A DNA stretch of 64,000 nt from Histomonas meleagridis 2922-C6/04-290x (lineage: Eukaryota; Protista; Parabasalia): the NCBI GenBank assembly GCA_020184695.1, contig JAANOX010000171.1, forward strand, positions 26,924 to 90,923, given 5' to 3'. Position 1 is the stretch's first letter. Every line of letters begins with the position of its first letter. The notes under the pieces were generated by a model. It was not told the DNA's origin, did not search any database, and saw only the letters and a program-made list of their open reading frames with translations. A program made the translations under genes and the position numbers. Below are positions 1 to 10,900 of the stretch, piece after piece.

Positions 1-811
1 AAAAATTTGACAAATTATTAATTTGGATCCAAATTATTAGTTATTACAAACCCAATTATGCTCATTGATAAGAGTACATTTTAATTATGTTCAATGTTAT
101 TTGAATTTTAATATGAAACATTAAAATGCCAAATATAGTTACCTCAATTAAAAAATTCTCATTTCAAAATTGTGGTAATTTCACATTGTGCTTATATCAT
201 ATGTTGTGGATCCACATTCATAAACTTTATCATATTCCATAATTGCTTATAATTTCTCACTAATTAGTTATCACACGTACATAATCTTAATAAAATAAAA
301 ATAAACTGATCCTAAGGTCTTGAATTAAATTTCAATACTTATTTTTTTCTCCAATTAATTTTTCATTTTTGAATGATAATATCTCAAAATTAATAGACTT
401 TTGCATGCATTTAAGATTCATCATCAACTCTTTATTTAGAAGTTTCACATGATCAAATTAATCGTTTCATAGCTCTGATGCACATTAACAAATGAACTGC
501 AGTGGAGCAATTGGAAAAAACCGAAAACACGATTGTAATATATTCAATTTCTCACTTCGACAGGAAAAAAATGCCAGGATAATGATATCGAAAAAAAATG
601 CCAGGGGAAGCCAGTACTGGAAAACAAAGATAAGACGCATAGCAACAAAATATAAAATTTTATATTACAAGGCACAATCTCCATGTAAATTGGTAATCTA
701 TAATAAAAATCATTAATTTCTCAAGAAAATTATTTTATTTCAGTAATAATTCTAATTTACGACAAAATAATTTGTTGCCAATATGGCATTTATTTTTATT
801 TCGATTTAAGC

Positions 812-3682
812 ATGCAGTCTTACAATGACACACCGTTTCAATTAAAAAGGGATCACCCAAAAAGGCAACATTTATGTACAGGTGCTCTCAAGGATGAAAG
901 AGGGAAATACACCATTGAATATCGACCTGACTTCGCTTTATTCCATGAAGCAATAATGGAAGCAAAAGGCAAGCCCACGATTTTTGTTACATTTTTCGGA
1001 TCATATCAAACAGGGAAATCGTCAGCAATCAAAATGCTCACAGGTGATGGGGAAGTACAAATTGATATTGGTGACGGAATGCGAGAAACAACTTATGGTG
1101 CTTTTGTGTATGGCCCATATTCATACAACAAAATCCGGCAAAGATTTGGAGTTGAGATTATTCCAGAAGATGACACACAAATATTTTTTGTTGATACCGA
1201 AGGATGTAATGGTTTTAAAGCAGGTAGACCTGAATCAGCTGTTTATCTCTTGAGTCAACTCATTGCACCATATGCATCAATATCAAACGTCGTTATATCA
1301 ACTATTAAAGCAGGAGTTACAGCACCCGAAGTTGATTCGATGGAAACAATGTTTGAAATTATTAATATTATTCGCCAAGGTGTTGGTGTGGAAAGTGCAC
1401 ATTTGTTAGGACTTGTTCCAAATGTCACCAATTATTTTCCCGAAAATTTTGTGGAAAAACAAAAACAAATTACAGAAACAATGCAAGAGAAATTCGATGA
1501 CTTCCAATTCGGATCATTTAAATTTGATGAATTTATTCCACTTCCTATATTTGACACAGATCATGACATTTTAGAACAGAATGAAAGGTTTAACAATGCA
1601 TTTTGTATATTTGCACAACGACTTATATATCATATTGACACTTCTCGTCAAAGTATGTTACTTGAAGCTGAAGGAATATTTGAAATGTTCAAGGTTTTAG
1701 CAGCGAGAACTGAAGAACAAAAACTTAGTGAAGTTGCATATGAAGCATTGAAAGAAACAAAAAAGAGTTCTGCATGGAAACTTTCCAAGAGAACTGTTGA
1801 TAAAATTATTTCTGGAAAAAATGAGGAAATCAAGAAAATTGTTGCAGAATTCAAAGAAAAACTTAAAAATGATCAAATATTTGCAACTCCAATATTAGAT
1901 AAAGATAAAATCATTAATGAAGCTCTCCAAGAACTTGATGAGAAATTACCCGAGTCTACGAAATCAGAGAAAGAAGTATATGATGAGTTTAAGTCAAGAA
2001 TCCAAAGAGAAATTTCAACTGAATATAAGAAATTCGGTCGACTTATTAAAAAAATTAAAGCTAAACAATACACATTCATTAAAGATAAAATAGCTACATA
2101 TATAAATAATGCAAAACCTGTCATCTATACTAATATTCGAAACAATAAGTCAACATATGAAGATCACATCTTGAACATAGTTCAAAACGAAGCATTTACA
2201 TTTATTAAAAATCAATTCTTAAGAGAGAGTAATGAAATATGTAAAGATGTTCAACAAAGAAATGCTGATATTGTAGATGATTTAATTGCAATATTTGAAC
2301 CATTAAAACTTGAAGAAGATATCAAAACAAAAGTTAAAGAACATATTATGAAAATTAAGTCACAAATTCGAAATGATTTTTTTCTTCAAGTTAAAGCAAT
2401 AGTTGAAAACAACAAACAATCACAAATCAGAGAATTTAGTAATTATGCGCTAAATTTTATTAATTCGAAAACAAGTAACTTAAGAAGTAAGTTGGAAAAT
2501 GGAAATCTTGAAGTAGCAGAAATAAATATTCATAGTGATTTTAGACAAATTGAAAATGAATGCAAGAGGTCACTTTTACGAATGTACACAGATAACACTA
2601 ATCAAGAAATTATTGGCCAAGTCGAAGCAAACATTAGTACATATCTAATGAAATCATTAAATAATTTCAAAGAATGTATTCAAGAAGCTAAAAGAGTCGA
2701 AATGCAAAAACAACTTCTCAAACAAACTTTGGCTAAAACAATGTCCAATCGAATAAATGAATTAAAGCAAAAAGTTAAATCAAGTTCAGCAACAGATCCG
2801 AATGATATTATTCCTAAGAATTCATTTGAAAACATAGAGAAAGAATGTTATCAAGAAATCAATAAAGCATTTCCTGATGGAAAAGAGAACAAAGAACTTA
2901 TGAAATATTTAAATAATGAAATAATTTCAAAGAATAAAAATGAAATGGAAGCAATTGAGAATTTAAAGCAAACAACTGTCCAACAAAACATTAAAAATAT
3001 TGTTAATAATCTCCAAAACAAAGCCAAATATTTGGTTGATCATATATATTATGAACTTACATCATCATGTAGAAATGATAAAAATTGCGTTGATATAACT
3101 TGTATAAAGTTTAATAATAAGTTTACAGGTTCAATTGAAACATTTAACTTTGAAACAACTGATAATAAATTTAAAGATTATATCATAAGAAGATGGAACA
3201 GAAAGATTAATAAAGTTTCAATTCCTAACGAAAGTAAGGCATCAGTTAATAGTTATTTCAAGGATTATCTTAAAAGAAAACTAAATGAAGCACAAGATAC
3301 AATTAAAAACATAATTTCCATAAATGAATACAATATAATTAAAAAGAATAAAATTGAAATTGATGAAGAAATGGAACAAATAAAACGACAATGTACTTCA
3401 ATAATTTGTAACAGTGATTCAGCAGATGCTTCAGAAATTGTCAATGGATTTAGCAATGAATTTAAACGCGAATGCAATAATATTAAAGAAAAAATTAATT
3501 CCATTCCAAGCGAAAATATAAAGAATCAGTTAAATGATTATTTGGCTGGTCAAATTCAAAAATGTTCGAATCAGCTAATGAAAGAAGCTGAAGAAAAAGC
3601 TAAAAACGCAAGCTGGTGGAGAAAGGCTGTCAATATTTTAGGAAAAATTTGGGATAAAATAAAAGGATTCTTCGGGTTTTAA
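812..3682 (+). CDS. GBP/atlastin-family large GTPase with long helical/coiled-coil C-terminus and terminal amphipathic helix
   Basis: G1 GSYQTGKS, G2 RETTYG and G3 FFVDTEG match the guanylate-binding protein/atlastin N-terminal GTPase; ~600 aa helical K/E/Q-rich tail; ends WWRKAVNILGKIWDKIKGFFGF. Confidence 0.75.
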   Translation: MQSYNDTPFQLKRDHPKRQHLCTGALKDERGKYTIEYRPDFALFHEAIMEAKGKPTIFVTFFGSYQTGKSSAIKMLTGDGEVQIDIGDGMRETTYGAFVYGPYSYNKIRQRFGVEIIPEDDTQIFFVDTEGCNGFKAGRPESAVYLLSQLIAPYASISNVVISTIKAGVTAPEVDSMETMFEIINIIRQGVGVESAHLLGLVPNVTNYFPENFVEKQKQITETMQEKFDDFQFGSFKFDEFIPLPIFDTDHDILEQNERFNNAFCIFAQRLIYHIDTSRQSMLLEAEGIFEMFKVLAARTEEQKLSEVAYEALKETKKSSAWKLSKRTVDKIISGKNEEIKKIVAEFKEKLKNDQIFATPILDKDKIINEALQELDEKLPESTKSEKEVYDEFKSRIQREISTEYKKFGRLIKKIKAKQYTFIKDKIATYINNAKPVIYTNIRNNKSTYEDHILNIVQNEAFTFIKNQFLRESNEICKDVQQRNADIVDDLIAIFEPLKLEEDIKTKVKEHIMKIKSQIRNDFFLQVKAIVENNKQSQIREFSNYALNFINSKTSNLRSKLENGNLEVAEINIHSDFRQIENECKRSLLRMYTDNTNQEIIGQVEANISTYLMKSLNNFKECIQEAKRVEMQKQLLKQTLAKTMSNRINELKQKVKSSSATDPNDIIPKNSFENIEKECYQEINKAFPDGKENKELMKYLNNEIISKNKNEMEAIENLKQTTVQQNIKNIVNNLQNKAKYLVDHIYYELTSSCRNDKNCVDITCIKFNNKFTGSIETFNFETTDNKFKDYIIRRWNRKINKVSIPNESKASVNSYFKDYLKRKLNEAQDTIKNIISINEYNIIKKNKIEIDEEMEQIKRQCTSIICNSDSADASEIVNGFSNEFKRECNNIKEKINSIPSENIKNQLNDYLAGQIQKCSNQLMKEAEEKAKNASWWRKAVNILGKIWDKIKGFFGF

Positions 3683-4078
3683 GTCAATAATCACTAAAAA
3701 CCAAATGAAATTTTTGATTTTTTTTAAAAAAGACATCGTTTGTGTTATCAGTAAAGAAATTTTAAATTGTAAAATTATTGTGAAAAATGGGATTATCATT
3801 TAAAGCAATTGAAATCTTTTTTGTTTCAGTAAGAAGGATATACATCTTATTCCTGTGCTAGTTACGAAAAATTGATAATAAGAAATTGTTTACTTATTAA
3901 ATTGGAGGCAATAAAAAATGACAAATCATTTAAAAAAAAACTTTATGAGTTTTATTATTGCAATAATGAAGCAAACTCCATCATGGAGTGCGAAGATAAA
4001 CAGTTACAATGTCAAAAGCCATTTTTCAACAGCTGTTAATAAAATAAAGTTTTGCAAATATAAAAGTGGCATTTTCAA

Positions 4079-5026
4079 TTGATCTGCGATATAACATCTT
4101 TAAGGTTATCTGAAAATGCAGCAAGCATTGCAATTTCATTAAAGCACTCATTTAACATATATTCCACGCAGCCTCTTCAAAGGAGGTATCTAAAAGATTT
4201 TGTTAATTACAAAATAACAAATGTTTCGCCACTTTCAGATGGGACTACAGTTGCCTTTTCTACAACTCAAATTTCTGGTGGCCTTGATCAAAAGGTCTAT
4301 ATTTGCAATAATCAATTTGGGGAAAATACCCAAATAAAAGCGCTAAATTTCAATGAAGAAATTCTTTCACTATATCTTACATCACGTTATCTTTTGACAA
4401 TACAGCATAGTTCTGTCTTAATATATGACATTGAAAATCGAATTGTTGTTCTTGATCAATCGACTTACAATAATCCCAATGGAGCTGGCGACATTGTTAC
4501 TCAAGGTGACAATTACACCGTTGCCATCTGTGGCTCTGATCCATGCACTGTTTACATTTCGGAGCTTACAAATAATTCAACGCCAATAATTTTCAAAGCA
4601 CATGAACATCCAATATTTTCCATGAAATTTTCACCAGATGGTTCTCTTATATCCACGGTAAGTGAGAAAGGGACTTTGATTCGTATATTTGATACAATTT
4701 GTGGAACACAATTAAGTGTTTTTCGTAGAGGATCTATGCCATCCAAAGTCATGTCAATGTGTTTTTCACCCGATAATCGTTCACTTGTTGTTGTTAGCGA
4801 AAGTGGAACTGTTCATTTATTTGAAGCAGATGTACGAAATGGTTCACAACAAGATCCTCCGCGTGCAGTGGCAAAGCTAAAAATAGAAAAAGCGGATATG
4901 ATTGATTCCGCTTTTATAAGTGATACAGAAATGATAATTGTTGCATCATCTGGCTATATGTACAATTTGGAAATAAGAGAAAAAACCATCAAACAAAAAA
5001 ACAGAGTTTTTATTTTATTACATTAA
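4079..5026 (+). CDS. ATG18: PROPPIN WD40 autophagy protein (ATG18/WIPI family); no in-frame ATG at the 5' end
   Basis: AHEHPIFSMKFSPDGSLISTVSEKGTLIRIF and the FRRG phosphoinositide-binding signature; ORF opens after TAA at 4061-4063 with only a TTG at 4079. Confidence 0.85.
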   Translation: MICDITSLRLSENAASIAISLKHSFNIYSTQPLQRRYLKDFVNYKITNVSPLSDGTTVAFSTTQISGGLDQKVYICNNQFGENTQIKALNFNEEILSLYLTSRYLLTIQHSSVLIYDIENRIVVLDQSTYNNPNGAGDIVTQGDNYTVAICGSDPCTVYISELTNNSTPIIFKAHEHPIFSMKFSPDGSLISTVSEKGTLIRIFDTICGTQLSVFRRGSMPSKVMSMCFSPDNRSLVVVSESGTVHLFEADVRNGSQQDPPRAVAKLKIEKADMIDSAFISDTEMIIVASSGYMYNLEIREKTIKQKNRVFILLH

Positions 5027-5442
5027 ATGTTTTTTTTTTTTTCAAAAAGCTCTTCTGTTAAGAAAAGCAAATTATAAATAAAATGACCAAAAATTAGTTA
5101 AATTTAATAAAATTTTTGTAAAACAAAATATTTTTTTATATAACTCAAAAATAACAGACAATGTTCAGAAGATACTTCTTAAAATGAAAATAAAATAAGT
5201 TAAAACAACATAAAATGTTGTATTTGATCAGGTGAAGTGAGATTTATCGTAAATTCATAACTCATGTAAAATTCTGATTTTCCACTTTTTCGGAGGAGAA
5301 AAGGCCTTTTCCTGAATACAACAAGTTTACAACCCAATAAATTTCAATTCAAAAAAGCGTAACATTTGTAAAGTTAGCACTTTTTTACCTGCGCTTGTAG
5401 CATAAACTTATCAAAAATTGAATGGGCATTTTATTCATTCCG

Positions 5443-5997
5443 ATGGCGTTGAATGCTTTGATCACACGACGAACAATACGTCAGTACCAACCAGACTACA
5501 TAATTCCGGAAGCTGAATTGAAAGCAATTTGTAATGCAGCAATTCTTTCACCAACAGGATTTGATTCACAAGATATTGATCTTCTTGCTGTTACTGATAG
5601 AAAAAAAATAGACGAAATTTCCAAAATAACATTGGACACAATTGGTAAAGAGGGTCGCGATAGTTTTATGAAGAGGGTTGATTCAATGAAGATTAAAAAT
5701 CCTGTTACAGGTGATGCAGGATGTCTAATTTGTCTTTTGAAGAATGAGCGATCCTCTCCTATGCATACACCAGTTCATGAAGGTATTGTTGAAATGTCAA
5801 TAATGATAGCTGCTCGCGAATTTGGCTTGCAATCAATGGTTCTTGGCTGTCTCAAAGGCGCTGACATGAGAGCAATGGAAAAAGTTCTTGGCATTGAATC
5901 AGGCCGCTTACTTGTTGGCGTTGTTATTGGTAAACCAATCGACAAACCTGTCTTCATTCCAAAGAAGCTTAAAGCTAAAATTTCATATCTAAGCTAA
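5443..5997 (+). CDS. Nitroreductase-family flavoprotein
   Basis: N-terminal TRRTIRQY and AAILSPTG..Q motifs, later IAAREFGLQS; Inr-like TCATT at 5435-5439 favours the ATG at 5443 over 5422. Confidence 0.8.
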   Translation: MALNALITRRTIRQYQPDYIIPEAELKAICNAAILSPTGFDSQDIDLLAVTDRKKIDEISKITLDTIGKEGRDSFMKRVDSMKIKNPVTGDAGCLICLLKNERSSPMHTPVHEGIVEMSIMIAAREFGLQSMVLGCLKGADMRAMEKVLGIESGRLLVGVVIGKPIDKPVFIPKKLKAKISYLS

Positions 5998-6252
5998 ACA
6001 TCAAATCATGATTTAATTTTTATGATAGAAGTGAATTTAATAACTTGCCCCATTGATCTGGTGCAACATATTAATGAAAAATAAAACGATCAAATATATG
6101 TTCAAAAAGTTATAAATGACCATAAGGAACGATTAATATTGGTTGAAAATGTTAAAATAATCAAAATAACCATCGATCAAAATAAATTCAAAAATCGGGT
6201 ATTTGGCAAAATATAAAGTGAGTAAAATTTTGGCATATTTATTTATCCATTA

Positions 6253-7710
6253 ATGGAGAATTACGAAATTACCAAAACATTAGGAAATGGGGGTAATGGC
6301 ACCGTCTATCTTGCAAAGCATAAAGGTACTATTTGCGCAATTAAAAAAATTGACGCATCACCAGAGCTTCTAAACATGCTCAAGAAAGAACCCAATATCC
6401 TAAGAATTTTAAATCACCCATTTATTATTAAGTATATTGATTGTTTTGAAAAAAAAGATAACATTGGATTAACTACAATTTGGATTGTAATGGAGTATGC
6501 AGATGGAGGGGATTTAGCTGAAAAAATAAAAAGCTTCAAGGAATCAAAAAAGATAATGTCAGAAGATAGCATTTTGGATTATTTTGTCCAAATAGCACTT
6601 GCAATTAAATATCTTCATGACAGAAAAATTATTCATCGTGACCTAAAACCCAAGAACATTTTTTTAACTAAGGATAATACTATTAAGTTAGGAGATTTTG
6701 GGATCGTTCAAATTCTTGAAAATACAAATCAATTATGTCAAACATTTGCCGGCACTATTAATTATATGTCACCAGAAATTGTCAGCAAAGGGAGCTATAG
6801 TTTTAAGACCGATATATGGTCACTTGGTTGCATTCTTTATGAAATGTGCACATTACAATCTGTGTTTCCATCGGAGTCCCCAAGAATTTTTGATCGAATC
6901 AATGAAGGCAAATATGTTCCAATTCCACCAGATCGATATAGCCCAGAAATATATGATCTTGTTAAAAAAATGCTTTCGGTAGATCCAACCCAACGACCAA
7001 CGATTTATGATATACTTTCGAAACCATTTATCCAACAAAGAATTCATTCCCTTCTCAAGCGAGGCATTATTGACCCAGAATTTTTGAAATCGGAAATGGA
7101 CCATACAATTTTCCATGGGTTTACACCTATGCTAGACCCTCCAAATGATAAATTTCATATGAGGATTTTATTTGTTGGATATCATTGCGTAGGTAAAACG
7201 GCATTAATCGAACGTTTCATCTCTGGTGAGTTTAATGCTAAAACATTAGCGACAATTGCACCGACATATTATCGAAAGAAAATGAAAGTTGATTCATATT
7301 TATTCGATTTTGAAGTTTGTGATACATCTTCACAAAATACTTATCCGAACTTTAAAAATATGCAAATTAATGGCGTAAATGCTTATGTTATAATTTTCTC
7401 TGTTTGTGATCGAGGTTCATTTAATGATATCAAAAAATGTTATCAAGAAATAATTGAAATGGATAAAAACGCAATAGTTTTCTTATGCGGTAATCAATGC
7501 GATCTTAAGGAGAAAAGAACAATTTCAATCAATGAAGGAAAAAATTTGGCAAAAGCTCTTAACATTGAACATGAATACTTCGAAACAAGTGCATTGACTG
7601 GGGAAAAAGTTGACACTATGTTCGACGCAATTGCAAGGAAATATTTAATGCAACTGAAGAAAAATTATGATATGAAAGAAGAAGAACCTTCATTATGCAC
7701 AGTATATTAA
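6253..7710 (+). CDS. NEK-family Ser/Thr kinase fused to a C-terminal Ras/Rab-like small GTPase domain
   Basis: Kinase motifs GNGGNG, AIKK, HRDLKPKNIF, DFG, GTINYMSPE (aa ~4-260); GTPase motifs GYHCVGKT, DTSSQ, GNQCDL, ETSA (aa ~300-465); ends CTVY. Confidence 0.85.
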   Translation: MENYEITKTLGNGGNGTVYLAKHKGTICAIKKIDASPELLNMLKKEPNILRILNHPFIIKYIDCFEKKDNIGLTTIWIVMEYADGGDLAEKIKSFKESKKIMSEDSILDYFVQIALAIKYLHDRKIIHRDLKPKNIFLTKDNTIKLGDFGIVQILENTNQLCQTFAGTINYMSPEIVSKGSYSFKTDIWSLGCILYEMCTLQSVFPSESPRIFDRINEGKYVPIPPDRYSPEIYDLVKKMLSVDPTQRPTIYDILSKPFIQQRIHSLLKRGIIDPEFLKSEMDHTIFHGFTPMLDPPNDKFHMRILFVGYHCVGKTALIERFISGEFNAKTLATIAPTYYRKKMKVDSYLFDFEVCDTSSQNTYPNFKNMQINGVNAYVIIFSVCDRGSFNDIKKCYQEIIEMDKNAIVFLCGNQCDLKEKRTISINEGKNLAKALNIEHEYFETSALTGEKVDTMFDAIARKYLMQLKKNYDMKEEEPSLCTVY

Positions 7711-7948
7711 TCGAATGGACGTTATAATAAAAAAAATTTAAAAAAAATTAATTTAATTTTAAAAATAGACGTTAACAGATTACAATGATTTTAGTCTATT
7801 TTTACAAAATCTTGTTGGAACTCCACAAGAATAAAATAAGGATTCGCATAAAAAAAAATACATAAAATCATAAGATATTTGATACTTTTTATGCATATAT
7901 ATGACATCAAGTTAAACTTAATAGGAAAAATTACAATGAATTTATTCT

Positions 7949-10900
7949 TTACTTAAGAAGTTCTTCTGGGATAGAATCATATGTTAAGCTGTCTGGATTG
8001 ACTGGTGGCGTGCCATATGTTTGGATAAGGATTGCTACGTTCAAAACGCCGCCCTTCTTGAATCCAGAGAGTGGCGTTGTTCTGTACCATCCGATTAATG
8101 GTCTTCCGATTTGGAGGTCCTTTAGTGGGAGCTTGAGTTCAGCGAAAACTTTATCGAATTTAGGATTCTTGTCTGCAAGTCTCAACACAAGGACATCCTT
8201 TGATTGATCTGTTAAGTAAAGATTGAAACTTTCGAACCATTGAGGTGATTGTGTATCTCCCTTAGTTCTTGTAGTTTGATACCTTATATCATTTTCAAGT
8301 TGTATTCTGCAATATGTATCATTCTTTGATAATTTATCTACACGTGGACAGTTAACGGCCTCCACAACGATAACTTGTAAACTTAACGGTTCGAACGGTT
8401 GTGGCACAAACGGTTTCTGCATTGGGAATGTCAAATGCGAAATAATGTGAATTTCACCCTTGTTACCTGAGAATTGATATCTTTCATCAGAAACGGCTCC
8501 GAATTTGATGTTAATTAATGGTATCATTGCTTTAGCAACATTCTTATCTTCTTTATCAGGTACATGTTCCATTAATTGGATCTTCACTTCATCGGTATTC
8601 AAACTGATAACGTTCAACGACATCATATCGTTAAATTGACCGTTTGAGGCAATTCTTGTCATGAATTTCTTTGAATTCTTTTGTTTTCTGAGTTTTACAA
8701 TGCAATATGACATTCTATTGTTCTCCATTATAATTCTTGATCCTTCAAGTATATGTAAATGAACTTGCATTTCTGGTGCTTCTGTAGGCATTAATGGTAT
8801 AGCATTAAATGCTTGAGCTCCAACAGTAGTAATTTGATATTGTAATTTAACAGAACCATAAACACCAAAACTAACATCATTATCATAAACATTATTAAAT
8901 TCCATTCCATTTAAGTCGATTAAAATCGGCTCTGTAACTTTTGTATCTTTCTTTTTCATTGAATGATTCATTAAACATAATTGTAATTTGTTTTCGATTG
9001 GTGCCATTAAGAAGTGGAAGTCATCAGCTATTTGATTTCTAATTGAAGAACATTGTGGAATTATGTCTCCTTTAACTTGCATCATTATATAAGGCTCGTC
9101 AAGTTCTTTAATTGGTTGTTGTGTAATTGCTCTAACATTAAGCATAAGAGGAACAAATGGATCATTAACAAATGACATCTTTCCTGGCGCTGCCAAATGT
9201 GTAATAAGATGAATTTGACCTGCTTTAGAGAATCCTTTAGCAGGAGTTAATATATAAGTTTTATCTTCTGGTACACCACATGCTAAAATATTAATTGGTA
9301 ATTCGATATAACCAATTAAATCATCTTTAGAAGCTGTGTCATGATCATAAACAGATATTTTAACTGAATCTGTTGCATATCCATTGATTTCGATATTAAA
9401 GTATTGATTCCATTTAGGATTCTTTGAGTTATCAATTGTTCGTGTCTTGAATTTCTTACCTGATAATGTTTCGATTGTACAATATGCATCTGATGCATTA
9501 CCACCTGAATCTTTACTTGCAATATTAATTCCTTCGATAACTTTAATGTATAATGTTAAATTAGGATTCATCATTTGGATAACTTCTTCTCTAAAGTCTA
9601 AGAATGGTTCTGTTCCATATGGTACTACTTGTAAACGAATATTAATTTTATCTTTGTTATTATCCATTGTATACCAATCAGAATAAGTTTTACCAATTTG
9701 GAATTCACTAAGTTTAAAGCTTTTCTCTGATATAAGTCGTGTTGTAGGTGGTGCATAATCTCTAAGTTCTAATGTTAATAAATCTAATTGTGGATCATTT
9801 AATAAAACAGTAAATGTTTCATACCATTGTGGTGCTGAAGTATCTGATAAATATCGTGTTTTAACAGATGTTAATGTAATACCATTTAATTTAGCATGAA
9901 CTAATGGATCATATTTAGACACTACATCTGATGCACGTTTCTCTAAAATAGCTTCATTAATCTTAAGATGTAATTGATATAATTGTAATGGATGTGGTAC
10001 AAATGGTACCATTCCTGGTCCTGTTATATGAGATCTAATATGAACTTTACCTTGTTTAAGATTATACCATTTATCTTCGATTTGTCCATTAGATAATGAT
10101 TTGGTTGGTATTATAATTTCACCAATTTTTTCATCTTTTGTAACAACATCATAATCTCGAATTGTGATCTTAGCAACATCATCATCAAGACATTGAATTG
10201 GGATATGTGAAACATAATTCCATTGTGGATTTAATGTTTTACGTATTACTGGTGAATAAAGTTTAGTGTTCTTACGATGTCTAAGTTTAATTTCACAATA
10301 TGGATCAGATGAACGATTTACATCACAGACTGGTAAATTAACAGCTTCGATTAAATGCAAATGTAACATTAATTTCTCAAATACTTGTGGTGGTGGTGGT
10401 TGTCCAAATTGATAATCAATAAATGCTTCTTGACCCATATTTAATATTTGACCGAAACATTTAACTTTATCATTAGATAAATCAGTGATTTGACCAAATT
10501 GCATTTTATCGATTGGAATAATTGTATCGAATACTTTCTTAGGCTCTTTCTTTTCTTTTAATGGACGAGGGATTTCATAAGCAGTTAATAAAAGTTTATC
10601 CTTTGAAGTATCTGTAAGGAAAATCGGGAAGTTCTCTTCCCAAATTTGTATTGGTTGATTAATTGTAGAAACACCATAAATATCTTTCTTAAGTTGTACA
10701 TGGAAGAACATATCGTTTTCTGTTTCTTTAGGATCTACCATACTTGATAAATGGAAATGTAACATTAATGGTTTGAATAATTTCTCAATAAATGGTGTTT
10801 CATTTGCTGCTGTTAATTGATATCTAATTTGAACTTCGCCTCTTTTATCTGCATGACCAGGTTTATAATGATATAAGTCGACCCATTTAGAATAAACTTT

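Noticed and set aside
492-716. 74-aa ORF with a duplicated AAAAAAATGCCAGG
   Set aside because: Short, low-complexity and without motifs; probably intergenic or promoter sequence of the GTPase gene.
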